From Sphaerodactylus townsendi (Eukaryota): DNA of 64,000 nucleotides. Position 1 is the first letter of the stretch; the number at the start of each line of letters is the position of its first letter. The stretch is from NCBI RefSeq assembly GCF_021028975.2, contig NC_059432.1, positions 69,998,001 to 70,062,000 of the forward strand, read 5' to 3'. Both the position numbers and the translations under genes were made by a program. The notes under the pieces are model-generated. The model ran no database searches. It worked only from the letters and a program-made list of their open reading frames with translations, and was not told where the DNA came from. This document shows positions 12,970 to 25,649 of the stretch, one piece after another.

Positions 12970-13701
12970 TATATATATATATAGCTTCCTCTACTTGACT
13001 CTTATTTATTCTTGATGCAGGAAACATTCTCTTGGTTTCTTAGATTCTTTTCAATTACATCTCTTTTTATTTCCATGAAGAATGAGAGGAAATGTCTCTC
13101 CCTTCCTGGTATTGAGGCGTACACATCCATCTAGTCTTGACACTTCTGTGTCCTGCTTTATGAAAGTTCAGCTGCCAGTTTCACATGCCATTCTCACTGG
13201 GTCTGACTGTGTTGAGCATAGGCAGGGAGCTGACTAATTAATGCACCTCATTCTAGTACAGGACACTTTGCCTTGATCAGATAGCCCTGCCATTTGGGGA
13301 AAAGGTAGAGGGAAGGTAGAGGTCAGTTGGTAAGAAGAGAGTGAAAGAATGAAAGAAAACAGGATATCTTATGAGGAAGAAGTAGTAACAGAGGAGCCAA
13401 ACTTGTTAACATATCTTTACAGAGACTGCTAACGTTCTGCTAGCTAGTGAATGATATTTGATATCGTTAAGGCTCACAAGCTGTGTGAAATTGGACTGAG
13501 TTTTCTGCATTGTTAAGTTCAACATTTACTGTGTGCATTCACGTTCTGAAAACTGGGCATTGAAACTTCCATCAGTTCAGAGTTCTGTTACCACTCTGCC
13601 TCTTCTCATACCTATCGCTGAGATGCAGATTTGTAAAGCATAGTATATCTAAAATCTGTGCAGCAGAGGATGTCGTGTCCCAGAAAAGGTATGCAGAAAT
13701 T

Positions 13702-15063
13702 CAGTGGCGTAACTAGGCAAACTGGAGCCCTGGGCAAAACCTGAGTTTGATGCCCCCCCAGGCACGTGCCCAATGCAACGCGCACCCCCCCTTGTAGCTA
13801 CACCCAGTGGCGTATCTAGGCAAACTGGAGTTTGGCGCCACCCATGGGCAGCCACCCTCCCCCACTGTAACCAAGCAATGATTTTTTACACCAGGTTGTT
13901 TCAAAGTCACCATCACATTATAGAACATGCCCCAACTCACAAATCTGAACTCAGCACAAGCCACAGCTGCGTAGCAGAAATAATTTTGGAAAACATTTTC
14001 AAAATGCTTTCAAAAAATGTATTATTACTGATATGAAAACAGTTGATGGGGTTGTATCCAACCTCCGATTGAGGGAAACAGCATCATTTTCATTGTTTCA
14101 AAGCAGAATCCTGGCCTCCCTAGTTTAGACAATTGATGCTGAACTCCGCCCCCAAACAGTTTCTGTTTAAAGGGTGTCTAATCGGGGGAGTCCAGATTCT
14201 CCTTTTAAATCCACCTTAAAGGGAGTATTCCAAGTTCTAGTTTAAATAACATTGGAAAGTGATGCTATTTCAGGGTTGATTCTCCCCCACCCCGAAACAG
14301 CATCACTTTCAATGTTTAAATTAGGGTCCTTTAGATTCTCCTTTTAAATCCACAATGTCAAAGGCGGGGGGATTTTAAAAAGGAAAATCTGGGAAATTTT
14401 GGGAAGTGCCTGCTGTCAGGGGTGCAATTCGATTAAGCCAGCAGCACCAAACTTTCAGGGTATATTTAGGAGACTTCCTTCCTATTTGATACTCACTAGG
14501 CTTGGTGAAGTTTGGTTCTAGGGGATCCAAAGTTATGGACCCTCAAAAGGTGTAGCCTCTATCTTCTGTTAGCTCCCTATTGGAAACAATGGATGATGGG
14601 GCACCCCCTTTGGGAGTCCAGGCTTTGGGACCCCCCCTGGACCAAACTTCACAAAACCTGGTAGTTATCAGAAAGAGGATCTCCTCTGATGATAGCCATT
14701 CCAGGCTTCTTAAGTGGAAGCTCTTGGTTCAGGGGGTCCAAAGTTATCAACCCTCAAAGGTGTAGCCTTATCTCCTATTAGCTCCGATTGGAAACAATGG
14801 GGGATGGGGCACCCCTTTTGGGAGTCCATAACTTTGGACTCCCAGAACCAAACCTCACCAAACCTGGGTAGTACCATCAGGAGAGTCTCCTGAAACATCC
14901 CTGAAATTTTGGTGCTGCTAGCCTAAAAACTGCGCCCTCTGCAGGCCAAAGAAAAACACTGAAAATACAAAAAATCCCACAAACGAACCTGCAGTTTTTG
15001 CGCCCCCCACAGGGCTGCGCCCAGGGCAACTGCCCACTTTGCCCTATGGGAGGAACGCCTCTG
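13702..15063. mobile_element. 1.36-kb non-autonomous hAT element with internal repeats
   Basis: TIR cagtggcgt / acgcctctg, perfect 8-bp TSD cagaaatt, a second nested 5' end near 13805, internal duplicated blocks at 14450-14930. Confidence 0.82.
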
Positions 15064-15526
15064 CAGAAATTCCACCACATGCATGAACACGCTGTCTTCC
15101 CTTTCTTTCATCTCAGTCAATAAATGTACCCACACCACAAAAATCTTTTGCTCATGTATTGTTTTTCCTTTCACTCTCCCCATTTATTTAGATAATCTTA
15201 ACAAGGATAGGGAAGTTCTTTGTCTTTTAAAAATGATTTTTCAAATACAGCAGTTATAACAGAGAAAAGGTTTGGCAAGGAAGAGGTGTGGATTCCTCTG
15301 AGGAAATGGGAAAGGCAACAGAATAACACGCTCCACCCTCTCACTCCTTGCAAATCTTGGCTTCCCTCCTCCAGTTCTGACTGGGCAGAGTGGAGAGCAA
15401 GATTCTCCGTGGTGCTTACATTTCTCTCCTGTCCCATGGTTTGAAGTATAAAAAACTTGGTATCCCTTGTAACCCACAATAGCATCTTCATCTCTGAGTA
15501 CTCCAGGTTTCTACAGACAAGAGAAT

Positions 15527-15587
15527 ATGTTAATCCTGCTATTACCTCTTCTACCTTGGTTTCTCTGCCACTGGGCATACAGTGCAG
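15527..15587 (+). CDS. PROCR: Endothelial protein C receptor, exon 1 (signal peptide)
   Basis: MLILLLPLLPWFLCHWAYSA-G is a hydrophobic signal peptide followed by a consensus phase-1 donor CAG|gtaagt. Phase matches exon 2. Confidence 0.82.
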
Positions 15588-16059
15588 GTAAGTGAAAATC
15601 CATGGCTCTCTAAGACTTTGGGGGTTCACTTATCTGCTCCAAGAAAATCTTTAAGACTGGGAGTAGTGTGTACTTATTGTGTACATCTTGGAAGTAGGAT
15701 GCATATTGTTTAGAGCCTCATAATTAATTATCTGATTCTATGAACTGTGGGATTCTAATTTTTAAAACCCACCAAAAAACTTTTAAAATTATGTTTATTT
15801 GTAAATATAAGCTATGTTTTGGTAGTTTTGGTAGTTTTGTGCTGGATTGAAACTGTGAGGTTGATGGAGAGAACTGGAAACATTGGATGTGCAAGAAGCC
15901 AAAAATGCAACCCATATAAGATCTTTATTAGGACACATCCAGTGATAGGTAGTGTGCAAGCTATCCTGCATTGGAATAACTTCTATGTACCTAACCAGAG
16001 AAGACCCGCTGATCACAATTTGACGTGAAAACAACCCAAAACTTTCACCATTCTATTAG

Positions 16060-16800
16060 AGATTCACAGTGTCCCGTGGCTTTCTGCAGTTGGGGTTGAT
16101 GGATTTGGTGAGATGGCCATGCTTGTGGATAACATGACATTATTTAAGATGGTGAGAAACAAAGCCAAGTGTGAAGAGCTCCAAAAGGACCTCTCCAAAC
16201 TATGTGAGTGTTCAACAACTTGGCAAATGTAAGTGTAAAGTAGTAAACCCTGGTTCAAAAAATTTTGAATACCAGTATATACTATTGAGACCTGAACTGG
16301 CAATGACTGGTCAAGAAAACCTTGAGATTGTGGTAGGTAGGGTTGCTCAATGAATTGTGAGTCAATCTGCAAGAGTGGTGAAAAAGGCAAATAGTGGTGA
16401 AAAAGGTAAAGAAAGAGACTGACAATTGAATGGCCAGTATAGTGATGACTTCATATAAATTTATGGTGTGGCTGCATTTGGAATATTGTGTACCATTCGG
16501 ATTACTGTTTCTCAAAATAGATACCATAGACTGGAAAGGGTTTGAATGAAGGAAACCAAAATGGCCAAGGGGTTGGCATACCTTTCATGCAAGGGAAAGC
16601 TACAATGCTTCAGCCTTTCTTGTTTAGAGACAACGCCATGGGCGGATAGGGACAGAACAAGTTGGAGCTTTACAAAATTATGCAAGAGGTGAAGAAAGTG
16701 AATGGGGGAACATTTTCCCCAATCCTGCAAAACTAGAACTCATGGTCACCCAATGATGTTAATGGACAATAGATTCAGGAAAGACAAAAGGAAGCATTGA
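16060..16800 (+). mobile_element. Degraded CR1 LINE fragment (PROCR intron 1)
   Basis: Remnants of CR1 ORF2 (DDMTLF...CEELQKDL; RLHLEYCV.F) and its 3' region. Confidence 0.65.
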
Positions 16801-17824
16801 TGTTTTGAATTTCACTGTAAACATTTCTGACAGATGAACTTACCCTGTTTGACTACAACAATCTGCTTTGTACTAATCACTGTGTCTATTCAGTTCAGCA
16901 CTCAGTGATTCTAGTCAGTGCCTGCTGAATAGCTTTACATCGCTTTTTTTTAACTACATGGGCAGCCATTAATGTTGCTAAGGTCTATACCACATAGTAG
17001 CCTGAACCTGCCAAACAGCCACATATGGGTCAATGAACTGTCACAAAAAATGGCTTCCAATGAGCTGAATGGCAGAAGTTCAAGCATTCCTGAAAGGAAG
17101 TACTTTTTCACTGTAAGAGTAATTAACTTGAAGTATTCTCTTCCACGGGATGTAGTGATGACTGTTAGTTCACTTGGCTTTTACAGGGAAACAGACAACT
17201 TGATGGCTATTAGTCATAACTAAATGTTCGGAGTCAGCAGCCCTCTGAATGCCAGTGCTGAGGGCAACAACTAGAGGAAGGCTTTGCCTTTTGCATTGCT
17301 TGCGGGTGTTTTGGGGCAGCTGGTTGGCTACTGTGAGAAAAAAGATGCTGGTCTAGATAGCCCCTTGGTCAGCGCAGTTTGTTCATACGAAATAAAGCAT
17401 AATATCGTAAAATAAGGAATATATACAGACTGATAATTCAGTTTCAGTGCACACTGACTAATGGCTCTCATTATGGAAGCAAAATTTGGGCTTCCCCTCA
17501 TTTTTGCTTCCTAAAGCAGCTTTATCTTGCTTCACATTTGCATTGGCGTTATAAGCATGAAGCATAATCTTTAACACAACTAAGGGGTCCCGTTTGCAGT
17601 ATTTTCTGGTTCACCCATAATGGTTTATTACTTCTGCAGTGGAGGAATTGGCAGGTTCACCTCATGTTTTGCTGATTTTCCTACACTTGAACAAAAGGAA
17701 AGGTGCTGTTAAACTGACCTTAGGAAAGGCCACTGCCAACTCATCAGGGACAGAAGGTGGGCAGACAGTTTGTTCTTGCAGTTAGCCAAGATTTGATTTA
17801 AACATGTCTTGTTTTCTCTCTCAG

Positions 17825-18076
17825 ACTTTCATGCTATCAACATGCTCCATCTGTCCTACTTCTCAGACATCAGTGCAGTGGAAGTTGTAGGCAATGCCAC
17901 TCTGGATGGACAGCTTACCCATACTTTGGAGGGGCACAATGAACAGTTCAACGTGAGCCAGCTGCTCCCACTGGAGCCTTCCCAGCTTTGGAACCAGAGG
18001 AAGAGCAACCTGCTCCTGTACCTACAGCAGTTCCAAGACATGGTCAAAGTGACAGCTCGTGAGAGGAATGTTGCAT
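17825..18076 (+). CDS. PROCR: Endothelial protein C receptor, exon 2 (alpha1 domain)
   Basis: DFHAINMLHLSYFSDISAVEVVGNATLDGQLTHTLEG...QLLPLEPSQLW...YLQQFQDMVKVTARERNVA aligns with human EPCR (LHMLQISYF...GNASLGGHLTHVLEG...QERTLA). tcag| acceptor, |gtgagt donor, 252 nt. Confidence 0.93.
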
Positions 18077-19024
18077 GTGAGTAATGAAGTAGAGAGCAAG
18101 GCAGTGCTGGTGGGAGATGCCACCATAACTAGCTGTTGTCCCATATGTATTGTCGAATAATAATGTATTGTTGTCCCATAGCTTGGGAGCCTGATAGAGT
18201 TGAGCACTATTTAATGTAGTTTAGAGATTTGAAGGCAAATTTGCAAATAGTCCCTTGGGCTATTGTATTACAGTCCAATGCAGAGTCTGGTTTCACTTAC
18301 CGTGTTGTGTTTCTTAGGAAAATAGTACAGTGGAGGCTTGGGTGTTCCCATTGGTTTTGGGCAATATAACCGATCTAAGGGAAACTTCTGGTTGGGTTTA
18401 AAAATGGTTAACGTAGGTGAGAATTTAGATATTAAAAAACATAAAACGGATATCAGCATAGGGCTCAGAGTTTCTCCCTTAATAGATTGTGCTGGGCAAT
18501 TAAGATGAGACCAGGTTGTTTTTTAAACAATAATTGGAGCACAGATTGACTTTTTAAAAATGTATTAGGCTGACCTTGCTCTGGGTTTCAAAACAATTGA
18601 AGCCAGCCAGTCACAAACAAACAATATTTTAGTCTAATTTTTTTAGTCTTTCAGGTTTTCAGAAGGGATCTGCTTAATTTTGGGGAAAAATAGACTTTGC
18701 TTGTAGGCCAAGTAGGAAACTTAAAAAAAGGTAAGGCTTTTAAAATGAGTTCATACTTCCATCTCCAGGTTAGTTACAAAAAAATAGTCAGATTTTAGGT
18801 TAGAAAGAACTGTGATTTAAAAAATTAGTTGAAGCAAGGCTTGGTGCAGCTTTACAAAGGAAAAAGTTTTGTGTATGTGAATGAAATGGAAAAAAGGCAA
18901 GCAGATAAAGTGACTCAAGTAGGTTGTAATACAGCTACTTTACTTTGACAACATAGTCAAACTCCAGGAAGACAGAATGAGTGGCAGGAGGGGAGTCCAA
19001 TGGGGCTCTGGGAAAAATGTGGAG

Positions 19025-19999
19025 TAAGAACATAAGAACATAAGAACTAGCCTGCTGGATCAGACCAGAGTCCATCTAGTCCAGCATTCTGCTACTCGCA
19101 GTGGCCCACCAGGTGCCTTTGGGAGCTCACATGCAGGATGTGAAAGCAATGGCCTTCTGCTGCTGCTGCTCCTGAGCACCTGGTCTGTTAAGGCATTTGC
19201 AATCTGAGATCAAGGGAGGACTGGCTCTGGTAGCCATAGATCTACTTCTCCTCCTTAAATTTGTCCAAGTCCTTTTTAAAGCTATCCAGGTTAGTGGCCA
19301 TCACCACCTCCCTGTGGCAGCATATTCCAAACAATTCAATCACATCGCTATGTGAAGAAGCTGGAAGACGCTTCAAACTCCTCTTCCTGGTCTGTGACTG
19401 ATAGCACTGACCCCTGTAGCGTGTATGTGAAGTTTGGATTTTTTGCCCCTATGTGCATCACTTTACATTTTGCTACTACTGAACTGCATTTGCCATTTCT
19501 TAGCCCACTCACCTACTTTATCAAGGTCCGCATGGAGCTCTTTTTTTTTTTTTTGTAACTCCCTTTGTGGTTCTCACCCACCCTAAGCATAAATTTGGTA
19601 TCATCTGCAAACTTGGCCACCACACTACCCACCCCTACCTTGTGGTCATTTTATGAAAGTTAAAGAGCACTGGTCCCAATAAGGATCCTTGGGGGACACC
19701 ACTCCCGACATCTCTCCATTGTGAGAACTTCCCATTTACACCCACTCTTTGTTTCCTGTTCCTCAACCAGTTTTTAATCCATAGGAGGACTTCCCCTCTT
19801 ATTCCTTCATTGCTGAGTTTTCTCAACAGTCTCTGGTGAGGAACTTTGTCAAAAGCCTTTTGGAAATCCAAGTAGACAACGTCCACTGGTTCCCCCTTAT
19901 CCACATGTCTGTTTACACCCTCAAAGAACTCTAGTAAGTTTGTAAGACAGGACTTGCCTCTACAAAAGCCATGCTGACTCTTCCTCAGCAGGTCTTGCT
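19025..19999 (-). mobile_element. CR1 LINE 3' fragment with RT remnant (PROCR intron 2)
   Basis: MDKGEPVDVVYLDFQKAFDKVPHQRLL...GSGVPQGSLLGPVLFN; 8-bp tail repeat (taagaaca)n at 19025; internal deletion. Confidence 0.9.
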
Positions 20000-20369
20000 A
20001 GGGTGGAGAGAAGTGGGAGGCCTTCAGGTTTCCCCCCCACCTGTGTGGAGAACTGCTGGCTGGGGTGGTGCAATGAAGAGGCCTCTCTTTTGGGGGGAAT
20101 TTGAGGGATAAAAGTATTCTGGCTCTGGAGCTCACCCCAGCGATCCAGAAGCTGCTGAAGGAACTAAAAAAGAGATGAATGCCTCTCCTCTGATTCTTCC
20201 AGAGTGCAAGAGGTCTTCCGAGAGGAGGCAGTTGTTACAAGAGAAAAAGATGGAGGGGCACCCCTAGTGCAGCCATCTCAATCTCTTCTTTCTGCTCCCC
20301 TGGACACAGTGTACTTGCCTCTCCCCCTCACAGGAGGCTGCTCTGGCTGCGCCTGCACTGCTAGTCAGC

Positions 20370-20545
20370 ATGGGTGCCCCTAAAACCTCCATAGTCTGGA
20401 AGCACTTCCAGAGATGGAGGGTCCCTGTTTTGTATAGGGACAGCTGTGTCGGGCCTAGTTTCATTAAGGGAAAGATCTTGATCATGTCTTTATTACCAAC
20501 CTCAGGAACCATTTGAAGAAGCACTACCAGGCAATGCTTCTCCAG
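20370..20545 (+). mobile_element. Decayed BED zinc-finger (hAT transposase-like) remnant
   Basis: MGAPKTSIVWKHF, then in another frame QLCRA*FH*GKDLDHVFITNLRNHLKKHY. Confidence 0.55.
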
Positions 20546-21816
20546 TGAAAAAGAGAGGTTGTTGGGGTGGACTCCAAGAAAGGAGGCCTTCTGTGTCCAC
20601 CTCTGGTGCTCTGGCTTCCAGGTCTCCTGCAGGGAAGAGATTCCAGACATCTCTGATGGAGATATTTGGTGAGGTTGGCTCCTTTGCCTCCTTTGTGCCT
20701 GTGAGTGTAGCTGCAGACTGCCGAGAGAGAAACCAGGTGCCCCAAACCCCATTCTTTCTTGCTTTCTGGAAAATGTGACAGCTTGTAAAACTGTTTTCTA
20801 TCGTTTTGGTTGGTTTTAATGAAAAGATATTTGGATTTTCCTTTAGATCAGTGTAGCTACCTGAAACTTTATATGGTTGACTTGGTTTATTATCTAGTCC
20901 ACTTCTGGCTACTCTTATAATAGGATTTTTCTAAAGATGCAGGTAGAGAAAGTCTTCTCACAGACCTTGGGAAATCCTTTTTACTGGAAATGCTAGATGC
21001 AGAACTGTAACCAACCTTCCTTGTTTGGCAGGACTCCCCACACAGCTTCAGGGAAACAAAACCTGCAATAACGCTATAATCACTCAAACTGTCCACATGT
21101 GTTTCAGCATCTATGAAGAATAAGCATCAAGAATTAAAGAAACTTTTGCCTTCTAATAAGGAACATTTTCCTTCAAATGACCCTTTCAAACATACTAGCA
21201 TGCTTTTAAAAGGATTTTTAAAAGAGCAGCACTTCTCGGCAACTGTGTAAAATTCAAGTTCAAAAGAAACTCAGCAAGGGAAAAACAAGACAGTTCATGA
21301 GGATAGTCAGCAGCTATCCTATTTTTGAAGGGGTACTAATCATTACTTTTCTGGCAAAAAAGCCCCAAAGAAACAAACCTTTATGTTGCAAAGAGTGCTC
21401 TAAATATAGACATGAAAGATATTATCACCACTTAGACCCCCATAAACTTCCAGATGGGGCAGGTGGCCCTGCCCTTCATCTGGACTGCACCTGAGACCTT
21501 CTTTAAAACACACTTTAGCAAGCTATAAATCCATTGTCTTTGCTACCTGACCTATGACAAATTAAAGCCAAGTAGTGTATTTTAATTAATGTATATGCCC
21601 ATTCATTGCTGTACCTTAGAGCCAAACAATAGATTTCAGTCTTTATTGTTCTGTTATCTGAACAAATCCTGCCTAGCTTGACATGAGAACCTAAAGTCTA
21701 CACACAACTGACTGCAGCTTTGATCAGAAATGTAAAGGCTAGTAGTAAGGCGGAGATAGCTGTGAAAAGGGGCTGTGCATGATCAATGTGTTCCTCACAC
21801 CCCTACTGTGTTGCAG

Positions 21817-22089
21817 ATCCCTTTCATGTGCAGTGCTCCCAAGGCTGCCTGATCTTCCACAACGGCAGCAGCCACAGCTTCTACGATATTGCACTGAATG
21901 GAGTTGCTTTCCTGAAATTCTACACTGCCAATATTACGTGGATGCCTTTGGAGACCTCTTCTGTGGCCTGGTATGCCAGCAGCCAGCTCAACACGTACGA
22001 AGAGACCACCAAAAGCCTGCAGTTTTTCCTACAAGACACATGCATTAAGTTTGTGATGGAGCACAGTGATGTAAACCAACTCTTGACTG
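21817..22089 (+). CDS. PROCR: Endothelial protein C receptor, exon 3 (alpha2 domain)
   Basis: YPFHVQCSQGC...FYDIALNGVAFLKF...W...QLNTY...LQFFLQDTCIKFV has the MHC-I/CD1 alpha2 pattern with the disulfide cysteines. gcag| acceptor, |gtacgt donor, 273 nt. Confidence 0.93.
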
Positions 22090-22728
22090 GTACGTCAGAC
22101 CACTTTTACATGTCTCGGAAACAAAACCTTCTCAATAGCTGGGGTGATGCTTAGCTATCCAAAGTGCAGCCAAACAATCCATTATTTGAGCCAAAATCAA
22201 AAGGTTCCTAGCCACAAAGTCCAAAAGGAAAGAATGCACATATTTCCATGCAATCCCATAGTCTTCCTCATACTTCCTGCAACTCCATAAAATCACCACA
22301 CAAAGACAGAAGGTACAAACGAGTTCAGGTGAGAATCCCACCTTTCATTCTTAAAACAGGAATTAAGCACCTAGCTTTTGAGATGGTAAAAATAAGACCA
22401 AAAAGACATGATGAAATCTGGGGTGTGAATTGTCTGGGTATCCCAGTATGCAGCATGGGGAAACTGAACAGGCTTTCCAGAGACCCACCTCTTTCCTTCC
22501 CCTGCTTACCAGCAGCAGGAATAATTCTGCACGTTGGCAAATAAGAGTTTGCTAGTTTTTCCTGATCCAGTATTCTGTCCTCAGTACAGAAAAAACATGA
22601 CTGCACAGGCTCAGACAGAGACTTTTACTATTCCGTGCCATATGAGATCCTCATCAGATGATTCCCTGTAATGAAGGTGGTCCTGTTGCATGGGAAGCTG
22701 CTTCATGTACCACCAGTCACAAGCCTTG

Positions 22729-23026
22729 AGAGCAGCAGTGGCATAGTGGTTAAGAGCAGGTGCACTCTAATCTGGAGAACTGGGTTTGATTCCCTGCTCT
22801 GCCACTTGAGCTGCAGAGGTTTATCTGGGGAACTAGATTAGTCTGTGCACTCCAACACACGCCAGCTGGGTGATCTTGGGATAGTCACAGCTCTTTGGCG
22901 CTCTCTCAGCCTCACCCAAATCACAGGGTGTTTGTTATGGGGGGTGGAAGGGAAAGGAGATTGTCAGCCCCTTTGGGTCTCCTTGCAGGAGAGAAAGGGG
23001 GTATATAAATCCAAACTCTTCTTCTT
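22729..23026 (+). mobile_element. tRNA-derived SINE (Squam3-like), PROCR intron 3
   Basis: A box tggcatagtgg, B box ggtttgattcc, (TCT)n tail; closely related copies elsewhere in the window. Confidence 0.85.
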
Positions 23027-23233
23027 TACGAGCAGGTCAAAAATGCACCTGTTGTGAAGCTGCTAAGTCAAACAGAGATGTCTTGGATCCAAAAGGCCTC
23101 AGCTTTTCACAGTGTTGTCCTATGAGTTACATTCTACTTATGACTCTGAAGAGGAGTCACTTACATGTACTGAGCTGCCCACCCATAAACAGGCAGAACA
23201 GTTATCACAGCCTTTTCTTTTCTTGCCTTACAG

Positions 23234-23346
23234 GAAAACATCAAGGACGCTCACATACCCCACTGGTGCTGGGCATCATTGTGGGTGCCTTTGCTCTGCT
23301 GGGTCTAGCTGTTTGCATTTTCCTGTGCACAGGTGGGAACAGATAA
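23234..23346 (+). CDS. PROCR: Endothelial protein C receptor, exon 4 (stalk, TM helix, short tail, stop)
   Basis: GKHQGRSHTPLVLGIIVGAFALLGLAVCIFLCTGGNR* versus human RSYTSLVLGVLVGSFIIAGVAVGIFLCTGGRRC. The four exons sum to 699 nt (232 aa + stop) in frame. Confidence 0.93.
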
Positions 23347-24476
23347 CATCGAGCACCATAACATGAGTCAAGCTCAACTGAAGGAAACATTGCAACCTTT
23401 GTATTTGCATTTAATCCTTTCATGGAGGGACCAAAGATCTTCCTGTGAGGTGAGCTTCAGCACAGCAAGGCAACTGTCATCATACAGACTTTTCTATATA
23501 CCCCCTGGAAGGCTCTGCAATCTTGCCTTTTGCATGCCCTGACCATCAACTGAGAGCAGTCACATAGCAGTGTATAAAAATTAATACCCCTGGACTACTT
23601 CGTCGTTCTCAAGTCCCCCCCCCCCCCCAATTTACTTTGAATCACTACTGCTAGCATTTAACTTTTTTCCCCCATTTCAGCAGCATACAGTGAGATAGAT
23701 TTGATTGATATTTTCTAAATGGATAGAGAGGTACAGGGTTCCTTGATCCAAAGATGGGCACCACACTATCATCTCCAAGTGATAAGCAAAGAAATGGAGC
23801 AACTAAGTACACCTCAGCTGATCTGTGAGTGACATAATTCACTACATATTATTCTTATAAAGTGTCAGATTTTAACAAGGGCCACCCAACAACTCAGGAA
23901 CTTTGGGCAAGTAGGAACTACTCAAAAATTGGACCAGGAGCATTTTGCTTAAATGGAAGGCTACGAACAAATAGTTCGAACAAATGGTTTGTTTTGCAGA
24001 AGCCATGATTGAACCGCCCTCCTTCAAGTTTAATTTTTACTGTACAGCACATCATGGTTATTTAATTATCTGAAGATCTTGAGCCTAACCACTCACTGTT
24101 ATTTATTCACAACTACTGCTGGTAGAGTAAAGCCTCATAAGTGTGACTTCCCCACTCCTATTGCAGTCTACAGTGCCCCCCCAAATGAAATTCTGCTCAG
24201 CAACATGTGTGCGAAGATAGCAGGTGCAGTTTGAAGGGGAGGGCAACAGAAATAATTGCCCTACTAACAGAATGGTTGCTTAGGACGTAACCTTAATGCA
24301 TTTTAAATGCACGAATGGCTTGGGAAAGAAACCAACTCCATCCACTCCAGAGAACCTTTCATAGCTGTTCAAACAGTCAAGGCCCCCATGGTATATGCAC
24401 CAAAATATGTTCTACAGAACAGTACAAAATCATCTGTGAGGTTGCAGAACCTCTGAAAGTCATCACTGAAACTCCA

Positions 24477-24767
24477 TCATGGTGTAATGGTTAAGAGCAG
24501 GTGGACTCTAATCTGAAGAACCGAGTTTGATTCTCCACTCCTCCACATGAGCAGCAAACTCTTATTGGGTGAACTGGATTTGTTTCCCTGCTCCTCCACA
24601 CATGAAACCTGCTGGGTGCCCTTGGGCTAGTCACAGTTCTTCGGAACTCTCTCAGCCCCACCTACCTTGCAAGGTGTCTGTTGAGAGAAGGGAAAAGGAG
24701 TTTGTAAGCTGCCTTGAGACTCCTTGTAGGAGAGAAAGGCAGGATAAAAATCCAAACTACTGCTTCT
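24477..24767 (+). mobile_element. tRNA-derived SINE (Squam3-like)
   Basis: Same family as 22729-23026. Confidence 0.82.
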
Positions 24768-25455
24768 GTATCTCTCTTTTGAGTGATTTCTATTTATGTA
24801 TTCAGTTCTCACATATAAGTACATGTAAGTATTGGGGAGGAGAAGGGGGAGATAAATGATTATTTCAAATGCTGTATTTTTCTTGGGATACATCCTTTCA
24901 ACTTAAAGACTACCTCCACATACATAATGGGAGAATCTTTTTCTGCCTCAAAGGGAAAGTGTTTATATCACAATACTATGGTAACTTTACTAGCTATTAC
25001 TTCAGAAACTATTTGAAGGTCTGCATGCACTCCTGTTTTCAGCCCTCAAGTCAATGTTTAGTGCAGGGAGCTGAGCCGAAAAGAAAAAATCCAGTTAACT
25101 TTCCCACAAAGGAGGAAATACACAGACAGACACTACTGAACAACATGAAGCTGACTGCATGACAGATAAATTTAAGAGGCAGTGTGCTGACAAAACTTCT
25201 GGGAATGACAACAAGGGACTGTCTAGTTGAGAAAGGAAACAAAAATGAATACCTTTCCTAGTTTTGCAATCATGATCTCCAAGACCCCCAAGATACTAAA
25301 GACAACGTTCCTAAGCAGCTGGAAATATCTAAGAGCCCATTCACATTTATGCACAGAAGTGTATGCTTTTCACATGCCTGGTGTTTGCAGCAGTAAAATA
25401 CCACGAGTTTAAATCTGAAATGATTGGAAAGATGAATGGCTGCTGTACCCTAGCG

Positions 25456-25641
25456 CAGTGGTTCTCAACCTGGGGGTCGGGACCCCTTTGGGGGTCGAAT
25501 GACCCTTTCACAGGGGTCACCTAAGACTCTCTGCATCAGTGTTCTCCATCTGTAAAATGGATAAATGTTAGGGTTGGGGGTCACCACAACATGAGGAACT
25601 GTACTAAAGGGTCGCGGCATTAGGAAGGTTGAGAACCACTG
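25456..25641 (+). mobile_element. SPIN/URR1-like hAT MITE, copy 3
   Basis: 186 bp, perfect TSD ccctagcg. Confidence 0.9.
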
Positions 25642-25649
25642 CCCTAGCG

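Noticed and set aside
20264-20752. 162-aa minus-strand ORF
   Set aside because: No recognisable homology; the opposite strand carries the decayed BED-finger signal
17825-22089. Alternative identity as CD1, classical MHC-I or MR1
   Set aside because: No alpha3 Ig exon between alpha2 and TM, and the TM/tail (LVLG..VG......AV.IFLCTGG) is EPCR-specific
22729-22805. tRNA-like A and B boxes
   Set aside because: Head of a multi-copy SINE, not a tRNA gene; same for the other copies
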